DNA from: an uncultured Acidobacteriota bacterium
GTDB lineage: Bacteria > Acidobacteriota > UBA6911
Direction of reading: 5' to 3'
Length of the DNA stretch: 64,000 nt
NCBI GenBank assembly: GCA_963827655.1
Contig: CAWHCF010000008.1
Span: forward strand, 1 to 64,000
Positions 55,710-64,000 of this stretch are shown piece after piece. Position numbers and translations under genes: made by a program. Positions within the stretch are counted from its first letter, which is position 1. Every line of letters begins with the position of its first letter. The notes under the pieces are model-generated. The model made no database searches, was not told the origin of the DNA, and saw only the letters and a program-made list of their open reading frames with translations.

Positions 55710-57277
55710 CTACCGGCGAGGGATGCCCAGTCCAACGTCCAGACCGCCGGCGCTGTCCAGGTCTCCGACGATGACGTAGACGTCGGCTCCTGCGGCAACG
55801 TTGAGCACGTTCACGAGGCGGCCCATACGATCGTCGAAGTTCAGAGCCAGGCTGGCATTGAGAAGAACTGCATTGACCCGTGAGGGCCGCGCGCTCGCGC
55901 GAGCTAACTCGGTATTGAGAGCCGCCGCGTATTCGATTCTCTTCCCCGGGATCTCGCCGGCCGGTTCAGCTAAAATCGAGAAGGACGGTTGCGTAGTTGG
56001 CAAAGTTCATGGCGAGTAATTCTGTATTACCGGTCCCTGACGTGTCTGCGGCGGCGATGTAGTCACGATAGACGTCCGAGGCGAAAGTTCTGAAGTGCCG
56101 GTACGACTGATTTGCATCGGCATAGATCACGGTCAAAAGCCCCGTGCCCAGGTGAGAAAATGCCAGATCCACAAATCCGTCCCGGTTGAAATCAGCCCGC
56201 AGCCAGCGAGAGCGGCGCTCCTCCCGCTTCGATGCGTATTCCTTCCTGGAAATCTCCATCCGGATTCTGATAAAAAAATCTCAATAGCCTTTGTTGCGGA
56301 ACGTGAACCACCAGGTCGGCGTAAGAGTCGCCGTTGAAATCTGCAACCGCCATTGCCAGCGGAAACTCCGCCGCGTCGGTCATCGGGAAGACGCGAAAGT
56401 CTTGTCAGTCCGAACTCCGCCGATTCGAAAGTTCCCTCTCGCGGTTGGCTGGCCGCGACCGAGCGAAATACGTTGCCCTCGCCTACCCTCAGAATCAAGT
56501 ACGGGCGATTGGTCGTTACCCCGGCCGCGATAGTATCGGCTGGTGAGGATGCCAGAGGATTCACCCCGGATTCAGGCGGCCGGCGTGGTTTTTTCCGGGG
56601 GTGAAGCTTTTTGCTCGACACGGTTTCTCCGCGCTCTCGACCGGCGCATTTTCCTTGAGAGCTTCCAAAGCCCGCGTGAAGGGATTTTCGTCACCAGCTT
56701 CGGCGCCGGATTCATTCCCCCTATCGGACATGGCCGAAGCGAGAACTTCCGAAAAGAACCCGTCGAATGATCCGCCAAGGCTGTTTCTGAGTCCGCGGCG
56801 TATTTCGCTGGTGGAAAGTACCAGGGTTCGCGTCCTGAGGGATGGTAATCCCAAGGTGTGGACCATTCCACTCCGGGCCCTTGTCACCAGAATTCCCTCG
56901 CGAACGCCCGAGAGGTGAGCCAGCACAAACGGGTCCCCCTTCGCAGCGATCATTTCGGGCTCAAGAGGACCCTCTCGATACTCCTGGGTCGTTCCGGAGT
57001 CAGAATCACCGAAGCGAGGGTTCGCAACTGGCTTCAAAGATTTGGCGAGATTCAAAGCCTTGGATTCTAATGCCGCTCGCGTCTGAGGGAAGGAGTGTGA
57101 TACGTCACGGCAGACGTGGAGTCGTGAAACCGGGCCTACATACGAGGAAGTCAGTTGCCAGCAAAAAAGCCCTACGAGGGGAACAAAAAGAAGACAGAAA
57201 GCTGGGGTGGCCAAGCGGGAACCGCGCGCTCGGCGTTTACACGCAGGCCGATTCTGTGAGCCTTGAGGGGTCGCCAT
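55710..57277 (-). CDS. Membrane-anchored FG-GAP/VCBS repeat protein (several frameshifts)
   Basis: N-terminal TM, with ADFNGDSYADL, ADFNRDGFVDL and GDLDSAGGLDV in successive ORF pieces. Confidence 0.7.
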
Positions 57278-57436
57278 TCACCTCGACTCCGCGTCTAGGT
57301 AAATCAGCGTAGCCGGTCGACTTCCTGCACCCTCGTGACGAGTCACTTGTACACCCCTTGGCATCAGGCAAGTGTATAAACGACTTCACCCGTACTGTAA
57401 AGTATTTTCTATTGATTTTCAGTAATTTAGCTTGGC

Positions 57437-57916
57437 TTAGCGGGTTTCCAGCTCGATCGCGCGCTTCCAGCTTTCGATCGCTCTATCCTCATCTCCAGAA
57501 GCCAGGAACAGGCGGGCTTTAGCCTTCAAGACTCGCGCCTGGTTTGCCGGTTGCTCGACCGACTTCAGCGTATCGTCGAGCAAAGCCTGGGCGCTCTCGA
57601 ACCTGCGCATTTCGCCCAGCTTATCTGAGACGTAGGCGATGCTCTGCACGACCAGATGCTCGTAGTCGACCGGGAACGCCAGTTGAAGGACCTTGCGGAT
57701 TTCTGCCACGGCTTTGTCCGGGTCTCCCCTCTTGATATAGAGCTTTGCCAGCTCGTGATAGTCGGACGCAAGCCGGAGGTTCCGCTCGAGCTGGGGTTCG
57801 AGAGTTCTTTGCGGGACGGCGGACTCTCTGGATTGAGAAGACACAATCGGGGGGATCGACAAAGCCACCATCAGTCCAGTTACCAGCGTGGCATGTCTTG
57901 GGCGACCAGATGTCAT
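57437..57916 (-). CDS. Exported TPR protein
   Basis: Signal-like N-terminus and TPR-like helices ELAKLY..G..DKA and GDEDRAIESWKRAIEL. Confidence 0.8.
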   Translation of the reverse strand: MTSGRPRHATLVTGLMVALSIPPIVSSQSRESAVPQRTLEPQLERNLRLASDYHELAKLYIKRGDPDKAVAEIRKVLQLAFPVDYEHLVVQSIAYVSDKLGEMRRFESAQALLDDTLKSVEQPANQARVLKAKARLFLASGDEDRAIESWKRAIELETR

Positions 57917-57934
57917 ATCTTCAGCTTCCTTCCG

Positions 57935-58465
57935 TCAGAGGCCGCGGCCTCCGGGTCTAATTCCGAACAGCCTCTCTCTAGCGCGAGAGGAAAGGAATTT
58001 TTCAAACGGATTCTCCTCCGTTACCTCTTCCACCAGGCGCTGAAAAGGGTTTTCGACCTTCCACTCGGGCTTCGAATCTCCGATCATCGAGAGGATGCGC
58101 GAATCGGCCCGGTATTTCGCAAACCTGACTCCCGTCAACGTCAGGACCAAAACCAGTCCAACCGCCGCGACTCCCCTCCAGACCATGGAGCGCGGTCAAG
58201 CCAGCGCGGCGATCCATTCTCGCCATCCCTGCCGTCCGGGAGGCGTCTTGATTCGGCTCGCGATTCGCTGCCACAGGAAGGGAGGGACTTCGATGTCGAG
58301 TTCAGGTGATCTGAAAGCAGCCTCGATCCCGCGCCAGATTTCGAGCTCTTCGCGGCATTTTGCGCACCCTTCGAGGTGCGCACGAATCTCCTCGTAACGG
58401 CTATCGGAGAAGTCGCGATCGAGGTAACAATTGAAATCTTCCGGGTGTCTCAGATTGAAGCTCAT
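57935..58465 (-). CDS. zf-HC2 anti-sigma factor (frameshift near 58195)
   Basis: HLEGCAKC, with the TM segment in the next frame. Confidence 0.82.
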
Positions 58466-59061
58466 CGTCTGACTTCCAGGTACTGCCCGAGCGCTTTTCT
58501 TGCCTGGCTGCGCGCGCGAAAAATGTCTGTCTTGACGGATAGAAGAGACCGCCCCACGATCTCGGAAATCCGCGCATAACTCATCTGGTGAATCACTGCC
58601 AGAACGAAAACCTCGCGAAGTTTTGGAGGGAGTGACAGAAGAACTCGTCGAATGTTCATTCCCAGTTCGTTCTGAAGCATGCTCTCCTGAGGGGTCGGCC
58701 GCTCGTCAACCAGCCGGCGAGACTCGAATACCGGCGAACCATCCGTTGGGTCGATTATTTGATTTTTGCCCCGTCTCCGCCGAAAAGCCTGGTAGACCTC
58801 GTTGCGCGCTATTCGGTAAAGCCAGGGCTCGAATCGCCCATCGTCCTGCAGGCTTTTCAGTTCGTGAAAGGCATTCAAGAAAACGTTCTGGGTCAGGTCC
58901 TCGGCATCCTCTCGGTTATCGACCATGCGATATATGAAATTCAGGATCCGGCGCGCATATTCCTCGTGAATCGCGTGGAACGCCTCAAGGTCACCAGCGC
59001 GGGCTTTTCGAATGATTTCGGCCTGTGTGGTCGTCAACGACTTCTCGAAAGGGTGAAGCAT
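58462..59061 (-). CDS. ECF sigma factor
   Basis: DAEDLTQNVF, FEPWLYRIARN, SLPPKLREVF..SVKT..RAR. Confidence 0.93.
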   Translation of the reverse strand: MLHPFEKSLTTTQAEIIRKARAGDLEAFHAIHEEYARRILNFIYRMVDNREDAEDLTQNVFLNAFHELKSLQDDGRFEPWLYRIARNEVYQAFRRRRGKNQIIDPTDGSPVFESRRLVDERPTPQESMLQNELGMNIRRVLLSLPPKLREVFVLAVIHQMSYARISEIVGRSLLSVKTDIFRARSQARKALGQYLEVRR

Positions 59062-59083
59062 TCCGCGCAGAACTGACCTACCA

Positions 59084-59109
59084 AGATGACCTGCGCCAAA
59101 AAAAGTTGC
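59084..59109 (-). promoter_or_regulatory. Putative autoregulatory ECF promoter GCAAC-N16-CATCT
   Basis: AAC-type -35 element directly upstream of the ECF gene. The same motif recurs at 62915..62940. Confidence 0.55.
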
Positions 59110-59278
59110 AAGAAAATCCGTTCTACTAAGAGCTTCGTATCGTAACGGGTGCATGGAGAAAAATCTACCGCAAGGTGGCGAAGAAGCCAAGCAATCTGGA
59201 ACCTTGCCGAGGGGTAAAGCGTCCTGTATATTCTCCAATTGATCGAATTCGTCGCTGCCCATTTCGAGGACGCTGCTG

Positions 59279-60442
59279 ATGGATAACAAAACTTGCCGCC
59301 TCACGAGGACGCTTCTAAGCGCCGCTTTTGTCCTGTTGTGGTCAGACTCTATTATCGGCGGCGCGGCGGGAGCTGTCCAGGAGCCGTCGCAGACCGAGGC
59401 TGAGGCCCGTCTCCGCGAGCGGGTGTCGGAGTACTGGACGGCGATGGAAAAGGCCGACTACGAAGCCGCCGTGCCGTTCTTGCACCCTGATTCCCGCAAT
59501 CAATTCAGGAACAAGATCCCCAAGAGTCGAGTGTTGAAGTGGAAAATCCAAAAGCTTGCCTTCAACGAAGATCGCACTGTCTGTGACACCGTAACACTGG
59601 TTACCAAGCCCGTTCCTGTTTTAGGCGAGACTATCGACTTTCCTCTGCACAACCGGTGGGAGCTCGTCAACGGGGAATGGTACTTCAGGATTCCCTGGGG
59701 AGAGTCGGACAATCCTCTGCTCAAAGTATTCCAGGACCAACGATCCGTTGCGGAGCAACTGCCTGTCGGTCGATCTACTTCTGCCCAGGTCGACGAGGCG
59801 GCGGGCCGGGCGATGAAGGAAGAGCGCCAGCGGATCGTGCCGGATTCAGCTAATCCACCGTCGGTTTTCTCCGGCCGGAAAGCCGTTTTCCGATTTCTCT
59901 ATCCCAATGCGGGTACGAACCCGATCCAGATCGTCTCGGTTCATGCCGATTGTCACTGCACGGGCGCCAAGAAAGATTATCCCGAAATAGCTCCCGGCGA
60001 GGTTGGAATCCTGGAAGTTACGCTCGACACCTTTGGTCTTCCGCTGGGACGCCTGCATAAAGAGATCACGGTCCAGTTCAGTCATCTTCCGGATCCTCTG
60101 GTCGTGAACCTGGCCGTCGATAATCTCCCGAATTTCAATCTTACGCCGGCCGCGGCCGATTTCGGTACCGTCCGGCCCGGTAGCGCAGCGCAGAAGGAGA
60201 TTCGAATAGTCAACAACAGCGGGCAACCCGTGCGAATCCTTTCAAACTTCAACTCCGATCCTAAACTCAGTTTTACCTTGGATCGGAACAAGCTCGGAAG
60301 CGGTGAAACTCTGGTCATCAATCTCAGCTATAACTCCGACGCCGGGGGGGAATTCCTCGACAATCTCCTCCTCAAGACCGACCTGGAAGCCGAACCGCTC
60401 ATCACGATTCCGGTTCGCGGCAGAATCGACTTGCCGAAATAA
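59279..60442 (+). CDS. Exported protein with DUF1573/Ig-like domains
   Basis: Signal peptide, VHADCHCT..IAPGE and DFG.V..I.N..P Ig-like repeats. Confidence 0.75.
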   Translation: MDNKTCRLTRTLLSAAFVLLWSDSIIGGAAGAVQEPSQTEAEARLRERVSEYWTAMEKADYEAAVPFLHPDSRNQFRNKIPKSRVLKWKIQKLAFNEDRTVCDTVTLVTKPVPVLGETIDFPLHNRWELVNGEWYFRIPWGESDNPLLKVFQDQRSVAEQLPVGRSTSAQVDEAAGRAMKEERQRIVPDSANPPSVFSGRKAVFRFLYPNAGTNPIQIVSVHADCHCTGAKKDYPEIAPGEVGILEVTLDTFGLPLGRLHKEITVQFSHLPDPLVVNLAVDNLPNFNLTPAAADFGTVRPGSAAQKEIRIVNNSGQPVRILSNFNSDPKLSFTLDRNKLGSGETLVINLSYNSDAGGEFLDNLLLKTDLEAEPLITIPVRGRIDLPK

Positions 60443-60594
60443 AAGCCTTTTACGCCTGGGCACCCTTGCGCTGGCCAACTCCATTGAAGTCGGCCTCTGA
60501 TCTTCGCCCACGCCTCCGACGCCCTTCCTTGAGAGGCGAGGCGAAATCCGTTTTGCGCCAACTTCGTTTTTTTTTGAATCCCGAAAATTTAGTG

Positions 60595-60854
60595 TTGACA
60601 TCCAGTCCTGCCTGCTGGTAGGTTCGGGCTGCCGATTTGGGACGTAAACAAAACTTTAACGGGACCTTGACCTTAATGAAGCCTTCCTGAGGGTCGCGTT
60701 AGGTTTACTCTATAGCACAGCGTATTGCTCGAATTGGATGGGGTCGTCCTTCGGCGCCCGTCCTCCGTTGTTCAACCAATTCTTGTTGAATTCTGACGGA
60801 CCAGGATGTCTGCCAGAAGTTATCAATTTTTCACCATTACCACGGAGAAAGCGT
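60595..60854 (+). promoter_or_regulatory. sigma70-like promoter and about 230-nt structured 5' leader (copy 1)
   Basis: TTGACA-N18-TAGGTT and several hairpins; homologous to 63012..63272. Confidence 0.6.
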
Positions 60855-62704
60855 ATGACCTTCGTCAAAGCTAGCAGACTACCTGTGTTCGCAGGGCTGT
60901 TGTGCCTGTTGCTCATGGGCTTCGCTGGTGCTTCCTACGGTGCGGTTCGATTCGACGTGGTCGGGTCGCCCACGGAGGTGATTAACACGGGCCGCTCGGA
61001 GGTGGTCGGTTCGATCAATTTGATCGTGCGCGGAACCGGGAACCTGACCGGGACCTCGACGGCGGGTTGTAACCAGATCGGGATTATTTATACCAATCCC
61101 GCGATGCAGATTGACAATACCCGGACGACGGGGATCCGGCTTTTCTTCAGTTCCGGGTTTGCCTCGGCCTTCACGGTGGGGGCGACGACGCCTTGCCCGA
61201 CGGTGGGGGTTGTCGACGTAAGAAACCAGGACATTAACGGGCGATGCTCGGGCTTCATCACGATCAACATGGCGCCCGGTGCTGCGCCGGCAGAAGGCGA
61301 CTTTATCCGGCTTGACGGGGTTCGCGGCAGGGTGGACGCCAGCCTGGCGATCACGCCTGGAACCGATCTCTTCGCCGACCTGCAGTCGATCAACGATCCG
61401 GCGGCGGCTCTCTTTACACCGGACCGTGTTCGCGTGGCGAAGTCACTCGACGGAATGAATGTCGAAATCAGGTTAGACACGGTTCTGTTGTGCTTCGGGA
61501 CCCTTGGTGTGGCCGGGGGAGGGGCGCCGGGTTACCAGGTTCGGATAACCGAGGGATTTGCCCGGGCCTTTGTCGACAGCGACGCCAATAATGACGGAGC
61601 GCTCTTGAATGATCGTGTGGATAGCGGCAGTGAGGCGGGCATCTTCACGATGAACGCGGGCAATACGGCCGCCGGTCGCCAATCCTGGAGCGATTGCTCT
61701 GGGTTCGCCTACGAACTCTACGCAGTTCCTGGTCTGGCTCGAGGGTATACCGACGAGCGTGTCGGGGGTAATCTGGCCTACGGCGGTGGGTGCGCTGCCT
61801 GCGTCGAGTGACTCCGAATGCGCAGCTGGTATTCCAGAGCAGCGGCTTCACGGCTTCGGCGGGAATCGCATTCGCGTATTACTCGTATGAAGCCATCAAT
61901 CAGACCGGAGTCAGTGATATCAATCTGGAGGCATTCACCTTCGGGGCGAATGTGCCGGCGAGTTCGTCGATGGCGTCGTTGTACTACACGCCCATAATCG
62001 TCGTGGTGAGGCCCAATCAGAATGTGAGCGGTAGTATTCTGGGTGCAGTCTCGCTGGCGCCGGATGTCTCGGAGGCGAGCGGCTGCGGCCAGCCGGGAAC
62101 CTCACTACCTGCCAATGCGCGTCCGCGATTCCTGCAGATGTACGAATCCGATTCGATAGCGACGAACAATCCGCCATCGGATCCGCATCGCGCCTTTGCG
62201 AGCGCGGTTCGTTGCAACTGCTACCTGCTGTTCACCTATGTGACGGCGACGTCCACATTCAATACAGGCATCGTGGTGGCCAATACGACCGGAGACACGG
62301 AGGTATTCGGCATCAACGACGCACCGGACCAGTTAGGCAACATAACGTTCTACTTCTATGATCGGGCAGCGGGTTTTGTCGGTTCTACGGTGACGACTGC
62401 AGCGATCAATATGGGTAGAAGCTACGTTGACCTGATCTCGGGCATACTGCCCACAGGTGTAACCAGCTTCAGCGGCTACATCATAGCCAAGGCAGAGTTC
62501 CAGTTCTGCCACGGATTTGCGTTCATAGCAGATTCGGCGTTCGGCTCCATAGCCCACGGGTACCTGGCTAACGTGATTCCCGATCCAGCCATCAAGGGAG
62601 AGTTCGTCACGGTGGGTACGGCTTCGCTTAGGAGGAGAACGGCGGCGGATGCCGGCGACAATGGAAGCCCGCTCACGCCAGCGGGTGAAGGGTTGAACAA
62701 CTAG
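60855..62704 (+). CDS. Secreted about 600-aa Ala/Gly/Thr/Ser-rich protein, candidate S-layer/surface protein copy 1 (two frameshifts at about 61680 and 61805)
   Basis: Sec signal peptide, beta-rich composition, ITEGFA motif and C-terminal LLFTYVT..FNTGIVVANTT..GYIIA..FQFCHGFAFI. The function is inferred. Confidence 0.7.
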
Positions 62705-62726
62705 TACAACCCGGTTTCATCAGGCT

Positions 62727-62765
62727 TGGGGTAGTCTCGCGTCTGCGGGACTACCCCATTTTTTT
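62727..62765 (+). terminator. Rho-independent terminator
   Basis: TGGGGTAGTCTCGC-GTCT-GCGGGACTACCCCA followed by a T-run. Confidence 0.9.
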
Positions 62766-63011
62766 CGCTTCGGGCTAACCACGAAGACTCGAAGACACCA
62801 ATAAACGCCGGATCATTTTAGCGGTGACGCTGGAATTCGCCCCTTGAGCGGCGCCTTCGCGATCAGATTCGGGCGGATCTCGCTCGGATTCCCTTGACGG
62901 GTCTAAGTTTTTTAGCAACTTTTCGTCCATTTCTGCATCTGTGACGGCTGTGTTGCGCGTCTTCTGTGAAGGCTGCGTTAACTCGGTCTTCTTCGATCCC
63001 GAAATTCAGTG

Positions 63012-63272
63012 TTGACATCCAGTCCTACCGTTGGTAGGTTCCGGCTGCCGATTTGGGACGTAAATGAAACTTTGATGCGACTTTGAGGCAGTCAAGCTCC
63101 ATGTCACCTCGGGGTTTCAACGGACTTTGTAGCACAGCGTAATGCTCGACTTGGATGGGGTCGTCCTTTGGCGCCCGTCTTCCGTTGTTTAACCAAGCTC
63201 TTGTTGAATTCTGACGGACCAGGATGTCTGCCAGAAGTTATCAATTCCTCACAATTACTACGGAGAAAGCGT
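63012..63272 (+). promoter_or_regulatory. sigma70-like promoter and structured 5' leader (copy 2)
   Basis: TTGACA-N17-TAGGTT; homologous to copy 1. Confidence 0.6.
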
Positions 63273-64000
63273 ATGACCTTCTTCAAAGCTAGCAGATTGC
63301 CTGTGTTGGCGGGGCTGTTGTGCCTGTTGCTCATGGGCTTCGCTGGTGCTTCCTACGGTGCGGTTCGATTCGATGTGGTCGGGTCGCCCACCGAGGTGAT
63401 TAACACGGGTCGTTCGGAGGTGGTCGGTTCGATCAATTTGATCGTGCGCGGAACCGGGAACCTGACCGGGACCTCTACGATGGGTTGTAACCAGATCGGG
63501 ATTATTTATACCAATCCCGCGATGCAGATTGACAATACCATGACGACGGGGATCCGGATTTTCTTCAGTTCCGGGTTTGCCTCGGCCTTCACGGTGGGGG
63601 CGACGACGCCTTGCGCGACGGTGGGGGTTGTCGACATAAGAAACCAGGACATTAACGGGCGCTGCTCGGGCTTCATCACGATCAACATGGCGCCCGGTGC
63701 TGCGCCGGCAGAAGGCGACTTTATCCGGCTTGACGGGGTTCGCGGCAGGGTGGACGCCAGCCTGGCGATCACGCCTGGAACCGATCTCTTTGCCGACCTG
63801 CAGTCGATCAACGATCCGGCGGCGGCTCTCTTTACTCCGGACCGTGTTCGCGTGGCGAAGTCACTCGACGGAATGAATGTCGAAATCAGGGCCGACTCGG
63901 TTCTGTTGTGCTTCCCGACCCTTGGTGTGGCCGGAGGAGCGGCGCCGGGTTACCAGGTTCGGATAACCGAGGGATTTGCCCGGGCCTTTGTCGACAGCGA
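63273..64000 (+). CDS. Second, near-identical paralog of the secreted surface protein (runs off window end)
   Basis: MTFFKASRLPVLAGLL.. is colinear with copy 1 at a 2418-bp offset and stays open to the window end. Confidence 0.85.
   Translation, partial: MTFFKASRLPVLAGLLCLLLMGFAGASYGAVRFDVVGSPTEVINTGRSEVVGSINLIVRGTGNLTGTSTMGCNQIGIIYTNPAMQIDNTMTTGIRIFFSSGFASAFTVGATTPCATVGVVDIRNQDINGRCSGFITINMAPGAAPAEGDFIRLDGVRGRVDASLAITPGTDLFADLQSINDPAAALFTPDRVRVAKSLDGMNVEIRADSVLLCFPTLGVAGGAAPGYQVRITEGFARAFVDS

Noticed and set aside
60625-60854. Known riboswitch (c-di-GMP, SAM, TPP, cobalamin)
   Set aside because: No recognisable consensus motifs by eye, so it is kept only as an unknown structured leader.
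60855-64000. Diversity-generating retroelement TR/VR pair
   Set aside because: The differences are not adenine-specific, the whole gene and promoter are duplicated, and no reverse transcriptase is in the window.

Overview
High-GC bacterial genomic window. Its gene repertoire (kinase/TolB fusions, DUF1592/DUF1552 pair, ECF/zf-HC2 pairs) suggests Acidobacteriota, which is an inference. Scattered single-base frameshifts, including one in secA, look like long-read consensus errors. Bases 1-11.7 kb are a decayed accessory region: SDR/cupin/kinase pseudogenes, an IS91-family remnant, an intact Ser/Thr kinase-beta-propeller gene, two tyrosine-recombinase fragments, two toxin-antitoxin pairs and two homologous att-like scars ending in tRNA fragments. 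Bases 11.7-41 kb are mostly housekeeping and metabolism: sucCD, ndk, apbC, GT9, an ECF41 sigma, vapBC, nagA-like, UbiA/epimerases, an NtrBC-like pair, DUF1592/DUF1552, sulfatase, tmRNA, M23 peptidase, secA and guaB. Bases 41.3-64 kb are the most interesting part: ECF/anti-sigma, a type II secretion cluster (gspE-F-G-H-I-J-K-L-M-C-like-D, no gspO), a convergent ECF/anti-sigma/TPR/FG-GAP operon, a DUF1573-type protein, and two tandem near-identical secreted protein genes. Each of those two genes has its own promoter and a long, structurally conserved 5' leader. I propose this as a candidate T2SS-linked surface-layer locus under ECF control; it is a hypothesis and is not demonstrated.
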